A stretch of 64,000 nucleotides of DNA from an uncultured Methanosarcinales archaeon (GTDB taxonomy: Archaea; Halobacteriota; Methanosarcinia; Methanotrichales; Methanotrichaceae). The notes below the pieces were generated by a model. The model did not search any database, was not told the origin of the DNA, and saw nothing but the letters and a program-made list of their open reading frames with translations. The position numbers and the translations under genes are program-made. The DNA is taken from the NCBI GenBank assembly GCA_963843555.1, contig CAWJKV010000014.1, positions 19,758 through 83,757 of the forward strand, given 5' to 3'. Positions 19,741 through 30,328 of this stretch are shown here, piece by piece (within the stretch, counting starts at the first letter, position 1; each line of letters opens with the position of its first letter).

Positions 19741-22113
19741 ATGTCAAAGCAACCTGATAAACACCTGCGTGCACATCTGCCCATCCCAGAAGTGCCGAAG
19801 TCGGGCCTGACGACGTACGATGCCAAGGACCCGGACACCACGTACCCGCCGATCGAGCCGCTTCGTCCGCCTGCTGGCGCGCCCAATGTGCTGATCATCC
19901 TGCTCGACGATGCGGGTTTTGGCTCGTCAAGCGCGTTCGGTGGGCCGTGCCACACCCCGACCTTTGAGAAGCTGGCAGCCGGAGGGCTGAGATACAATCG
20001 CTTCCACACCTGCGCGCTGTGCGCTCCCACTCGTCAGGCTCTGATGACCGGTCGCAACCACCACTCTGTGGGCATGGGCAACATCACCGAGATTGCCACA
20101 TCGGCTCCCGGCCAAAACTCGCTACGGCCCAACACAAAAGCGCCGATGGCCTTGACCCTGAAGTTGAACGGCTACTCCACAGCCATGTTCGGCAAGTGTC
20201 ATGAAGTGCCGGTCTGGGAAAGCAGCCCCATGGGGCCGTTCGAGCACTGGCCTTCTGGCGGCGGCGGCTTCGAGTACTTCTACGGCTTCATTGGAGGGGA
20301 GAGTAACCAGTGGGATCCGGCGCTGTATGAGGGCCAAACTCCGATCGAGCCGCCGGCAACGCCTGAAGAGGGATACCACCTGACTGAAGACCTGGCAGAT
20401 CATGCCGTCAACTGGATTCGCCAGCAAAAGGCGCTGATGCCCGACAAACCCTTCTTCGTATACTTTTCGACGGGTGCGACGCACGCCCCGCACCATGTGC
20501 CCAAGGAGTGGGCTGATAAGTACAAGGGCAAGTTCGCCCAGGGCTGGGACAAAGTGCGAGAGGAAACCTTCGCACGCCAAAAGGCGTTGGGTGTCATCCC
20601 GCAGGATGCCGAGCTGACACGACGCCACACTGAGATTCCCGGCTGGGAGGATATGCCTGCCGAGCTCAAGCCTGTGCTCGAGCGCGAGATGGAAGTGTAC
20701 GCTGGATTCATGGAGCACACCGACTATCACGTCGGACGCGTGATCGATGCCATTGAAGACCTGGGAGTTATGGACGACACGTTGATCTTCTGCATCATTG
20801 GAGACAACGGCGCCTCAGCCGAAGGAACATTGAATGGCGCGTTTAACGAGATGGCCAATTTCAACGGAATGGCCGCCCTGGAGACGCCGGAGTTCATGTT
20901 GTCCAAGATGGATGAGTTCGGCTCACCAGAGTCGTACAATCACTACGCCGTGGGTTGGGCGCACGCCATGGACGCGCCGTATCAATGGACCAAGCAGGTC
21001 GCTTCGCACTGGGGCGGGACGCGCAATGGCACAATAGTGCACTGGTCTAAGGGCATTTCGGAAAAAGGAGGCCTGCGCTCTCAGTTTTGCCACGTCATTG
21101 ACGTCGCCCCGACTATCCTGGAGGCCGCCGGGCTCCCTGAGCCGGTATCGGTCAACGGCGTCCAGCAGTCGCCGATGGAAGGCACGAGCATAGCATACAG
21201 CTTCAACGAGGCCAATGCCCCCGAACGGCATTACCTGCAGTACTTCGAGATGTTCGGCAACCGGGGCCTCTACTACAAAGGCTGGAGCGCCGTAACCAAG
21301 CACCGCACTCCGTGGCTGATGGTCGGGCAGAAGATGGTGGCCTTCGATGACGATATCTGGGAGCTGTACGATGGCAGCAAGGACTTCACCCAGGCGAACG
21401 ATCAGTCAAAAGAGATGCCGGATATGCTACATAAGCTGCAGCGTCTGTGGCTGATCGAGGCGACCAAGTACAACGTCATCCCGTTGGATGACCGGCAGGC
21501 CGAGCGCTTCTTCCCCGATATTGCCGGACGGCCAACACTCATCCAGGGCAATTCGCAGTTATTCTTCCCCGGGATGGGACGCCTGTCGGAAAGCAGTGTC
21601 GTCAACATGAAGAACAAATCGTTCTCCGTCACTGCCGAGATCGAGCTTGCCGGCAAAGTCGCCAATGGCGTGATCATCGCCCAGGGTGGCCGTTTCGGCG
21701 GCTGGAGCGTGTATGCCAAGGAGGGATTTGCCAGGTTCACCTACAATGTGCTGGGCATCCACGAATTTCCGACCGAGGCGACGGAGCCGATTCCCCAGGG
21801 CAGGCATCAGGTGCGAATGGAATTTGCCTACGACGGCGGCGGCCTGGCCAAGGGCGGCAACGTCACGCTGTACTACGATGGCAAGGAAGTGGGCAAAGGT
21901 CGCGTGGCCGCCACCCAGCCGATGATATTCTCGGCGGACGAGACGACGGATATCGGCTACGAGTCCGGCACGCCTGTCAGCCCCGATTACAGCACCAAGA
22001 CGAGCAAGTTCACAGGCAAGATTCACTGGGTGCAGCTCGACGTGGGCAAGGACGATCACGACCACTTCATTGATCCCGAGGAGCGGCTGCGTATTGCCAT
22101 GGCAAGACAGTAA
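19741..22113 (+). CDS. Cys-type (formylglycine) arylsulfatase
   Basis: PNVLIILLDD, CAPTRQALMTG (CxPxR), FGKCH, GDNG; GGAG RBS before ATG 19741. Confidence 0.92.
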   Translation: MSKQPDKHLRAHLPIPEVPKSGLTTYDAKDPDTTYPPIEPLRPPAGAPNVLIILLDDAGFGSSSAFGGPCHTPTFEKLAAGGLRYNRFHTCALCAPTRQALMTGRNHHSVGMGNITEIATSAPGQNSLRPNTKAPMALTLKLNGYSTAMFGKCHEVPVWESSPMGPFEHWPSGGGGFEYFYGFIGGESNQWDPALYEGQTPIEPPATPEEGYHLTEDLADHAVNWIRQQKALMPDKPFFVYFSTGATHAPHHVPKEWADKYKGKFAQGWDKVREETFARQKALGVIPQDAELTRRHTEIPGWEDMPAELKPVLEREMEVYAGFMEHTDYHVGRVIDAIEDLGVMDDTLIFCIIGDNGASAEGTLNGAFNEMANFNGMAALETPEFMLSKMDEFGSPESYNHYAVGWAHAMDAPYQWTKQVASHWGGTRNGTIVHWSKGISEKGGLRSQFCHVIDVAPTILEAAGLPEPVSVNGVQQSPMEGTSIAYSFNEANAPERHYLQYFEMFGNRGLYYKGWSAVTKHRTPWLMVGQKMVAFDDDIWELYDGSKDFTQANDQSKEMPDMLHKLQRLWLIEATKYNVIPLDDRQAERFFPDIAGRPTLIQGNSQLFFPGMGRLSESSVVNMKNKSFSVTAEIELAGKVANGVIIAQGGRFGGWSVYAKEGFARFTYNVLGIHEFPTEATEPIPQGRHQVRMEFAYDGGGLAKGGNVTLYYDGKEVGKGRVAATQPMIFSADETTDIGYESGTPVSPDYSTKTSKFTGKIHWVQLDVGKDDHDHFIDPEERLRIAMARQ

Positions 22114-22356
22114 GTCGCTCGGAGATGAGATGAAGAAACATAGAGGCATCCGCTCTGTTAAGTGGCGGAAGTCTCTTGTTTTATTTAGCAGCATCAACCA
22201 ACCCCTGTAAGATTGTCCTCGGCCCGCTCATCGGCCATCGCCAGGATAGGGCTAGGATGGTCGCACCTGCTTAAATTTCGCAAGCAAAACATTTAACAGA
22301 TGGATGGGCAGAAATTATGAAAGCAAAAAGGGAAAAGCGCTAACGTCAGGACATAA

Positions 22357-23655
22357 ATGACAGATCCGGCATCAACCCCCTCCGCAGCTAAACAAGCAGC
22401 GAAAACCAAGTCGGATGATGTTCCAATCATCGCACTGTGGCAGATCCTTCTCATAGCCCTGATTGTGGGGCTCTTTGCGGTGGTATGGCTCGTAGCGTAC
22501 CAACTGCTAAACAGCTTGGTCTGGGAAAATGAATTTGTGACCGCCAACCGCTGGACGATCCCGGTGGGAACGATATTTTTCTCCCTGCTCGTCGGACTAG
22601 TTGTCAAGTATTTGCATGCTCCCAACCTTATCGAAGGGCGGGGTGCAGCGGAAGCTCTAGCATCCGGAGACATTTCTGGCTACAAGACTTTTTGGGGTGC
22701 ACTGCTATCTTCCTTCTTTTCGTTACTATCAGGGGCAAGCGTTGGTCCTGAAGGTCCCATCGGCTTTCTCGCCGTGGACATTTCCGAATGGCTGGCGCTC
22801 AGGCTCAAGCTGCCCAAGGGAGCCTTCCTTTCGTCATGTTTGGCGGGTTTGAGTTCGGCATATAACGGGATTGTCGGCAATCCGGTCTTTTCCGCCGTCT
22901 TTGCGTCCGAGATGAGCGGCGGAAAGGGGGGACTCACCCTACTGGTAGCGAATCTGGCTGCCGGTGCAGTTGGTTTCCTGATCTTTGCCCTTCTGAAAGT
23001 CCCGGCCTTTGCAGGCTTTCTCGCCGTTCCTCATATTAGCACGATTGAGCCAATCTGGGTGGCATGGGCGATTGCTCTGGGCGTGCTCGGTGCCCTGCTG
23101 GCAGCCTATATCGCCGTTGCCCTTCGTGTCACTGGCAGGATCATGGGAGTGTTCAAGGATCGGATCATGCTAAGGATACTGTTTGCGGGAGCAATTATCG
23201 GCGGGGTCTGCTACTTCATCCCGGAGCTCATGTTCTCGGGTGAGTCGTCCATTCACACCATCATTGCAAGCGCAGCAACCTATGGGGTGCCGATGCTTTT
23301 GCTCTTTGCAGTTTTGAAACCACCTTTGCTAGCGCTGTCGTTCAAAGGGGGATATCTGGGCGGCCCAATTTTTCCCTCTCTCTTTACCGCCGCCATGCTC
23401 GGTCTAGCCATCAATCAACTTGTGCCAAGCCTGCCGCTAGAAATCTGTCTCACCTGTGTTGAGGTTGGCGTGATCACATTGGTCTTAAAAGCGCCTCTGA
23501 CAAGCATTCTGTTAGTGGCCATCGTAGCGGGTGGGGAAGCAAGCCTGGATGGGCTCATTGTGGTAGCGAGTGTAACGGCGATAATAGTGGGACAGGCATT
23601 TCAAGCGCTGATGATACGACGCGGTTCTGAGGCAGATGCTCCCGAAGCATCTTGA
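22357..23655 (+). CDS. ClC-family chloride/fluoride channel protein
   Basis: GASVGPEGP, GGYLGGPIFP, APLTSILL. Confidence 0.85.
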   Translation: MTDPASTPSAAKQAAKTKSDDVPIIALWQILLIALIVGLFAVVWLVAYQLLNSLVWENEFVTANRWTIPVGTIFFSLLVGLVVKYLHAPNLIEGRGAAEALASGDISGYKTFWGALLSSFFSLLSGASVGPEGPIGFLAVDISEWLALRLKLPKGAFLSSCLAGLSSAYNGIVGNPVFSAVFASEMSGGKGGLTLLVANLAAGAVGFLIFALLKVPAFAGFLAVPHISTIEPIWVAWAIALGVLGALLAAYIAVALRVTGRIMGVFKDRIMLRILFAGAIIGGVCYFIPELMFSGESSIHTIIASAATYGVPMLLLFAVLKPPLLALSFKGGYLGGPIFPSLFTAAMLGLAINQLVPSLPLEICLTCVEVGVITLVLKAPLTSILLVAIVAGGEASLDGLIVVASVTAIIVGQAFQALMIRRGSEADAPEAS

Positions 23656-23842
23656 AAAATGAGGATCGAAAATCAGGCCTTGGGTTCAACCTTCGATTTT
23701 GCTCAGCCATTGCAGATGGGATGGAGCGGAGGCACAAAGAAGAAGGCCAGCAGTTCTATCATATGCCTATTGGAAGAATGAGCTTGGCAAGTAAGCGGGA
23801 GGGAGAAGCGGGAGTCTGAGCTGGCCGAGGCCGTCGCACGGC

Positions 23843-24060
23843 TTGGCTGAAGGGGCCGGGATTCAGGAGCTCTCGAGACAGCAAAAGCTATCCACGAAGA
23901 AGGTCACAACCCATATCCTCAGGCACAGCCATTTGGTGAATGGGCTCGTAGCGGGCGTGCCTCTGTGCTTGATACAGAAGCATTGGGGCACAAGAGGTTG
24001 TCCACGACGGAGATATGCGCCAAAGTGACACTTGCCCTGTTGAATGAAGTGTATAAGATG
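23843..24060 (+). pseudogene. Tyrosine recombinase/integrase C-terminal relic
   Basis: KVTTHILRHSH...AGVPL..IQKHWG, followed out of frame by TTEIYA. Confidence 0.7.
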
Positions 24061-24123
24061 CAGGAGTTGGCGCAGGTGAGGGACAAAACTATGCCAAAAA
24101 AAGGAGATGGGTATTAGCTACTT

Positions 24124-24852
24124 TTACACGCAGGGTAGCCAGTCAACGCTGATTGCGCCGCATGTGGAGTTGCCCCAGAGCTGGATGAACTTCTCGATGG
24201 AGAAGACGCCAGTCAGGTCTTCAACGCTGCGGCCATACTCGGCATGGCGGCCCTTGAGCGCGTTGTCAGCCATGGGATCCCTTGAGATCCATCCGATGTG
24301 GGCAACACCGATTACGTTGCTGTTGAGGTTAGCCTCGAGAACACCTGTGCAGCAGTTCGTCACGCCGTTATTGCCATAGCCCCTGGTCTTGACCTCGGTG
24401 GTCTTCTGCAGGTGCTCTGCATGGGTGTACATCTCAGTCAGCACAGCGCCGATCCTGTAATTCTGGACGCAGAGTTTCTCGACCCACTTCTGGTCGTAGG
24501 TTCCGGTCTGGTAAGATACGGGCATGTACTCGAACTCAGCTTCCTTGGTGAAGTTGATGTAGTCCATGGGTGCGCCACCGGTTGGGTAAACGCAATTGGC
24601 TAGAACATTTCCATCCCTGCCGAGCTGCCTCTCGGCCTCGAGCTCAGTCCTCTCGGTGATCACGTTACCGGATCCGGACTCTTTCTCTACCAGCTTCTGG
24701 CCTGCAAAACCAGTCTGGGTTGAAACGATCATCTCTACATTCTTGTATCCAACGCCCTTGACCGATGCCTTTTCGTACATATAGTTGGCTGCACCGGCCA
24801 TGCCTACTACGGCCATGGCGATAATAACCAAAACAGCTATTAGTTTTCTCAT
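24124..24852 (-). CDS. Secreted beta-rich protein ending in DWLPCV (possible sheath/envelope structural protein)
   Basis: Signal peptide; 6 Cys; strong RBS; visibly C/G-ending codon bias. The sheath assignment is inference only. Confidence 0.7.
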   Translation of the reverse strand: MRKLIAVLVIIAMAVVGMAGAANYMYEKASVKGVGYKNVEMIVSTQTGFAGQKLVEKESGSGNVITERTELEAERQLGRDGNVLANCVYPTGGAPMDYINFTKEAEFEYMPVSYQTGTYDQKWVEKLCVQNYRIGAVLTEMYTHAEHLQKTTEVKTRGYGNNGVTNCCTGVLEANLNSNVIGVAHIGWISRDPMADNALKGRHAEYGRSVEDLTGVFSIEKFIQLWGNSTCGAISVDWLPCV

Positions 24853-26473
24853 TTATTTCCCACCACTCCTTTACAGGAGGATCGAAGAGCTGCTCTTTGA
24901 CAGCAACGAATGATCCCTCAGTGCATCACCCCGATAGGACAGCCGAATCCGAATTTAAGATGCGGGACCGTTCCACCAGATGAGATGGAACTCTTGCTCG
25001 ACATTGTTTAACGCATCTGAATGCGTCAATGTCACCCTGTCCAGCGTGAGGCGCCTGATCCTGTAATTCCAATTAACCTTTGCGTGTGTCTTCCAGGCAC
25101 ACGCGTCTTGAATTCGGTTACTCACATATAAGCCTGTCGAGCATGAAAAGGATGCGGAGTCCTGAAATTTATTTTGCATCCTTCCTAAACGTATGGTGTT
25201 TGAATTCATGTAATTCTCACAACCCTTACGACAATGACCCATTGCGAAATAAGCTTCCAGAAGCATTTTCCTCCGAAAGCCTCCTCTGGGTCGTGAATAA
25301 ATTACGGTTGGTGTTACTCTATTGCAGAATCAGGATCAGTAGATACTGATTTTCTCAGGATAGCACTTGGTGGGGCACGTTCATGGAATCACTATCTGTA
25401 AACGAGTTAAAGAAACTCCAACCTCACATTCGATTACTGCCCGCCTATGGGATCTACAGGTTTTGAATCTAAAAGAGAGGAATATATAATCCCATCTCAA
25501 ATAAAACAAACCATGACGCAACTCCAGGCATTTTCTACCGGATCCGGACTTGATATTGCTGCAAGTTCAGTCTATTTACACAGCACAGCGCAGTTGCGCC
25601 TCAATTTTATGGAAATATACTACGCCATCCTAAGATAATCTGGGACATTTTGCCGAGTGGATAATGGGGTATGGGGCCTGGCCAATCTTCAAATTGGCTA
25701 ATTGCCTCCCCTCTTTTCGACCAGTATTCTTTGAGAAATGAAAGGAATCTTATGAGAAGCATTTGATGAGGACGTAGGAGGCAAAAGTCAGTGATATAGG
25801 TGGGAAAGAAATGAGATTCGACTTTTGCCAAGTACCATATACGACAATTGCCGAAATATAAGGGTTTTGGTCCTTCCTAGTACAGCATGGCTGAAATAGG
25901 CCGACTTATGGAGGCAAGATTTGGCTAGAGATTCCAGTAAACAGATAGAATTAATGTGCATCGGCAATACATCCCTTATGACATCTTTATATATATAATA
26001 ATTTCTTAAACCCTATGCAGAAGGCAATTATGCCAAGTCGGAAACTCCATTTGACGGATTATCTGCGCTAACGCATTGAGTTGCTTGTACGACGGTGAGG
26101 TCCAGGTTTTTGAACTATGGCTTTGGAAAACCTAGGGATACTTCTCGACTACTCCGGTGGAATCGAGGAAAATATCGGACGAATTGTGGCTGCTATATAG
26201 ACAAACATTGAAGCCGGCACGCAGGCCAAGGCTTCCTGTGGGCCACGATAGACGGCAGCCAGGCAGTTGTATACTACTCGATGATGTTTACGGAGGCGAG
26301 ATCTGGGGTCAGCCTAGGAATTATGTAGCGGCAGAAGGTATCTTCTCTCTGACGTATCTCGATATGGCAGGCCTAATGCAACTCACTGAAATGGACAGTG
26401 AGGCCATCTCGGAGTTATACATAGATATTTTCTGAGATCTAATTTGAGAATGGTACTGCGCCCCAAGATCTTA

Positions 26474-26500
26474 TTATCGTCTTATAGCGATAAGTTTATA
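26474..26500 (+). promoter_or_regulatory. Palindrome TTATCG-N8-CGATAA next to TATA box; putative ArsR operator
   Basis: 26474-26493 inverted repeat, TTTATA at 26495, ATG at 26528. Confidence 0.6.
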
Positions 26501-26527
26501 TCAGAATGGGTTTAGCATGCCTATATC

Positions 26528-26890
26528 ATGACCCAAAAATCTGTCTCGGATCTACGAGTCAAGATCCTTGATGCACTTTCAGACCCCACAAGGCTGGAGC
26601 TGTTGGAATATCTCTCCCAGGGAGAGCGTTGCGTCTGCGAGATCATCCCTGCCTTTCAGAGATCCCAATCCACCATATCCAAACATCTGAACATCCTCCA
26701 CGAAGCAGATATCCTAGATCGTAAGCTGGAGGGCAAGAGGACAGTTTACAGAATAAAAGATCCTCAAGTATTTGATCTGATCAGAATGGTGGACAGTATG
26801 GCTCTGAGGCAGATATCTCAGCTTAATGAAGCCGGAAAGATTCTGGAAAAATCCCTCAGCAATACTCAATTCTCGGCGCAACTTCAATAG
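26528..26890 (+). CDS. arsR: ArsR/SmtB repressor
   Basis: ALSDPTRLELL, ERCVCEI, SQSTISKHL. Confidence 0.9.
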   Translation: MTQKSVSDLRVKILDALSDPTRLELLEYLSQGERCVCEIIPAFQRSQSTISKHLNILHEADILDRKLEGKRTVYRIKDPQVFDLIRMVDSMALRQISQLNEAGKILEKSLSNTQFSAQLQ

Positions 26891-26903
26891 GTGTTGATCT
26901 CAA

Positions 26904-27986
26904 ATGGATACATACACGATTATGGCGGCTCTGCAAGCAGGCTTCGCAACATTGCTGGAATATCTATCGGCACACGTTTTGACCTGCCTGATTCCCGCAT
27001 TCTTCATAGCCGGCGCCATTTCCACACTCCTGCATAAGGAGACAGTGCTTAAATATTTCGGAGCTGACGCGCCCAAATGGCTTTGCTACAGCGTGGCTGC
27101 CACTTCAGGAACGGTCCTGGCTGTATGCAGCTGCACCATCCTGCCCATGTTTGCAGGAATAGAAAAGAGAGGCGCAGGAATCGGCCCAGCCACGGCCTTT
27201 CTCTTCTCGGGTCCAGCCATCAACATCATGGCCATAATACTCACGGCGCGGGTCTTGGGCCTGGATCTGGGAGTAGCCAGAGCGGTAGCGGCGGTCACCA
27301 TGGCGGTCGTCATCGGCCTCATCATGGCTGCCATATTCCAGAAATCTGAAAAAAAATGTGAATCTAAACCCGCTGCAACCGCCCAGATAGATTCCGACTC
27401 TGAGTCGAAGAGCCGTCCCGGCTATATCACAGGCTTATTCATGGCCATCCTGGTGGCCATATTGCTCGTGGCCACCTCCAGCTTCTTCGCATTATTGCCT
27501 AAATCGATAATCGTAGGAGCACTGGTATTATCAGCCGTTTTCCTGATGAAGACCTACTACCTGCCCGAAGAGAGAGATGAGTTCCTATCCGAGACCTGGT
27601 GGCTGACCAAGAAGATCTTTCCCCTGCTGGTAGTGGGCACATTCCTCACCGGCGTTATCGGTTACTTCATGCCCATGGAATGGATTCGCGCCGTCTTTGG
27701 CACCAGCAGCTTTTCGGCCTGCTTTTTGGCCTCGGTCATAGGCGCTCTGCTCTACATGCCCACGCTGCTGGAGGTCCCTATTGTGGGAACTCTCTTCGGC
27801 TACAGCACCGGCGATACCGCCGCCGGCCCCGCGCTATCGCTCTTGCTTGCCGGACCGTCTTTGAGCCTGCCAAGTATGATAGTGATCACAAGGGTAATTG
27901 GTCTGAAGAAAGGAGGCGTATACATAGTTCTGGTTGTCATAATGTCGACCCTGGCCGGCATGATATATGGAGCAATTGTTTCATAA
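26904..27986 (+). CDS. arsP: ArsP/DUF318 permease
   Basis: AVCSCTILPMF, FLFSGPAIN, YMPTLLEVPI, LLLAGPSLSLPS. Confidence 0.85.
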   Translation: MDTYTIMAALQAGFATLLEYLSAHVLTCLIPAFFIAGAISTLLHKETVLKYFGADAPKWLCYSVAATSGTVLAVCSCTILPMFAGIEKRGAGIGPATAFLFSGPAINIMAIILTARVLGLDLGVARAVAAVTMAVVIGLIMAAIFQKSEKKCESKPAATAQIDSDSESKSRPGYITGLFMAILVAILLVATSSFFALLPKSIIVGALVLSAVFLMKTYYLPEERDEFLSETWWLTKKIFPLLVVGTFLTGVIGYFMPMEWIRAVFGTSSFSACFLASVIGALLYMPTLLEVPIVGTLFGYSTGDTAAGPALSLLLAGPSLSLPSMIVITRVIGLKKGGVYIVLVVIMSTLAGMIYGAIVS

Positions 27987-28009
27987 TTAATAGTAGGGGT
28001 CAGAGGAAA

Positions 28010-28480
28010 ATGAAGAACATTTGGAGAGGAAGTGTTGCGGGTTGCATCCGAAAACGGGCAGCAGGTGAAAATAGCATCTCTCTATTTTGCTGGCATGACC
28101 ACTCTGCCACTGCAGATCAGCTCCGCCGGCTTGAAGGTGTATCCAAAGAGGTTGAGCAGCCGTCAAGGTGAGCATCCATCTCTACAACCAGGCTGCAATG
28201 GATACAATCACCTGGGAGGATCAGCCTGAGTATAATCCGGAGGCCTTGAGAACCTTGAATATCCAGAGCCGGGCTGGCAGACCTGGGACGCAACAGCCTT
28301 CGTGAAAAAGGCGGCAGTGGAATGCAGCGAGGCTGTCCTTTCTCCATGGTATTGGTGTCAGAGGACTGATTTACCTGATGATTTATAACCTGGGCATAGT
28401 GCTTCCCGTGCTGCTCTTAGGAGTCGCCAAGGCTCTTGGCATGAGCCCAGTGAAGGTGGATAATTTCCGGAACCGTCACA
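28010..28480 (+). pseudogene. Degraded CcdA/DsbD-like membrane gene remnant
   Basis: 28358-28478 reads VRGLIYLMIYNLGIVLPVLLLGVAKALGMSPVKVDNFRNRH (CcdA-type YNLG..LP helix); no intact ORF. Confidence 0.45.
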
Positions 28481-28565
28481 ATGATTTAGGCGAAAGGAAT
28501 GGGCTCAAGTTTATCCGGTAAATGGATATTGAGAATCGGAAAATCAAACTCGTGAGGTGGATTAA

Positions 28566-28802
28566 ATGGTGAAGATCGAAGTATTGGGAACAGGCTGTGC
28601 CAAGTGCAAGAGCCTATTGAAGAACGTGGAGAAGGCGGTCTCGGAGTCTGGCATTCAGGCGGAGATCATCAAAGTGGATAGCATCCAGGAGATCATGGAT
28701 CGGGGTGTGATGATGACCCCCGCGCTCTTTATCGACGGCGAGTCCAAAATGGTTGGAAAGACCGGCAGTGTGGAAGAGATAAAGAAGATGCTCAAGAAAT
28801 GA
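28566..28802 (+). CDS. Small redox-active disulfide protein (MTH895-like thioredoxin)
   Basis: IEVLGTGCAKC, GVMMTPALFIDG. Confidence 0.9.
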   Translation: MVKIEVLGTGCAKCKSLLKNVEKAVSESGIQAEIIKVDSIQEIMDRGVMMTPALFIDGESKMVGKTGSVEEIKKMLKK

Positions 28803-28814
28803 GGGATTAATATC

Positions 28815-29195
28815 ATGGAAGAGAAAAAGAAATGCCTGTGCAGTTCCTCGGATGTACGTGTCGTAGCCTGCTCCGGAGCCTCAAATGTGGGACAGATCGC
28901 AAACCAGGCGGCAATCGAGCTGGCCAGAGAAAATGTGGCAGGATTCTTCTGTCTGGCGGGAGTAGGAGCCCATATTAAAGGAATGGTCAAATCCGGGAAA
29001 GAAGCTGATCTGATGGTGGCCATAGACGGATGTCCTGTGCAGTGTGCTGCCAAGACTTTGCAGCATGCCGAAATCGAGCCTGCGATACAGGTAATTGTAA
29101 CGGAACTTGGAATTGAGAAGTCTCATGATATCGCAATTGATGAAAAGGCCTGCTCTAAAGTTGTAGCAAAGGTAAAGGAAGAGCTGGCTGCCTAA
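28815..29195 (+). CDS. DGC-domain putative zinc-binding protein
   Basis: ACSGASNVGQ, CLAGVG, IDGCPVQCA. Confidence 0.9.
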   Translation: MEEKKKCLCSSSDVRVVACSGASNVGQIANQAAIELARENVAGFFCLAGVGAHIKGMVKSGKEADLMVAIDGCPVQCAAKTLQHAEIEPAIQVIVTELGIEKSHDIAIDEKACSKVVAKVKEELAA

Positions 29196-29212
29196 AATAT
29201 TGGTGGAAAGAA

Positions 29213-30316
29213 ATGAGTTTATTGAAATCAAAGCTGATGCTGATTTGCATAATCTTCGGGATCCTATTGGCGGTCATAGCCCTTACACAGAACGCATATG
29301 CAGGAGCGGAATGTGCATCCTTGGGCGGTGGTTGCGACGACGGCGGCGACTGGAACCCCATGTCCAAGCTGGACGAGATTGGAAAGCCAACCACCAACAG
29401 TCAGGAGCAGACTGCGGCCAAGTGGCCGGAGAAGTCGAGGCAGATGAGATGGAACATGAATGCTTCCACCCAGGAGGATGAAAAGAACACGGCTTCGGAG
29501 ACTCCTGAGAAGGCTGAAGCGCCTGCTCAGAAGGCCATACCTGTAAAGGTTGCAGAGGATCCTGCAAGGATAGTACGCAGCCCTGAGGCAAAAACGATTC
29601 TCGCTCCACTGGACACGGTCACGGATGGTGATATTCTGTTGGACGTGAGCGAAAACTCCAGCACGCATATTGCTGGGTCAGTGGTCATACCTTACATGGA
29701 GTTTGACGTGCAAGCTGGAGTTTTGAAACCCGCGCCTGAAATCTCCAAGATTCTGGGAGACGCCGGAATCTCTCGTGATGATTCCGTCGTAATCTACGGA
29801 GAATGCCTGCCCTGCGGAGGAGGTCCGTCTGTAGCGACTTACATCTACTGGATGATGAAGAGTCTGGGTCATGAGACGGTGAAGGTTTTAGACGGGACGG
29901 CCGAAGACTGGGAGGCAATGGGACGGGACACCACGAAAGACGCCCAGATACTACCCAGCAAAATCTACAATCCCGTAGAAACAGCAAATTACACTGCAAC
30001 CTATGAGTTCGTAAAGAGCGGCCAGGCGCAGATCGTGGACGCCAGGACTTTGCAGGAGTTTGGGTCCGGAAGCATACCGGGATCGATCAGCATACCCTAT
30101 ACCAGCGTGCTGAATGGGAAAAAGATCAAAGGCGAGGACCAGCTGAATAAGGTTTTTATGATTCTGGACAAAGACCAGCCGGTAGTTGTCTTCACCAACA
30201 CGGGTATGAAAGCCTCTGTGGTCTGGTTCGCCCTGGAGATGATGGGTTATGATGCCAGGCTCTACAATTACCAGGATTGGACGGTAAATCAGCCTTCTAA
30301 AGGCTATTTGGGATAG
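29213..30316 (+). CDS. Exported tandem-rhodanese (TST-fold) protein, CLPC type
   Basis: Signal peptide; GISRDDSVVIYGECLPCGGG; IVDART; catalytic loop VVVFTNTGMKAS (Cys replaced by Thr). Confidence 0.85.
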   Translation: MSLLKSKLMLICIIFGILLAVIALTQNAYAGAECASLGGGCDDGGDWNPMSKLDEIGKPTTNSQEQTAAKWPEKSRQMRWNMNASTQEDEKNTASETPEKAEAPAQKAIPVKVAEDPARIVRSPEAKTILAPLDTVTDGDILLDVSENSSTHIAGSVVIPYMEFDVQAGVLKPAPEISKILGDAGISRDDSVVIYGECLPCGGGPSVATYIYWMMKSLGHETVKVLDGTAEDWEAMGRDTTKDAQILPSKIYNPVETANYTATYEFVKSGQAQIVDARTLQEFGSGSIPGSISIPYTSVLNGKKIKGEDQLNKVFMILDKDQPVVVFTNTGMKASVVWFALEMMGYDARLYNYQDWTVNQPSKGYLG

Positions 30317-30328
30317 TGTGGTGAAAGA

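Noticed and set aside
25000-26435. Short ORFs and a possible transposase-like fragment (YSMAEIGRLMEARFG near 25880)
   Set aside because: No convincing motif, RBS or terminal repeats; probably decayed DNA at the island edge
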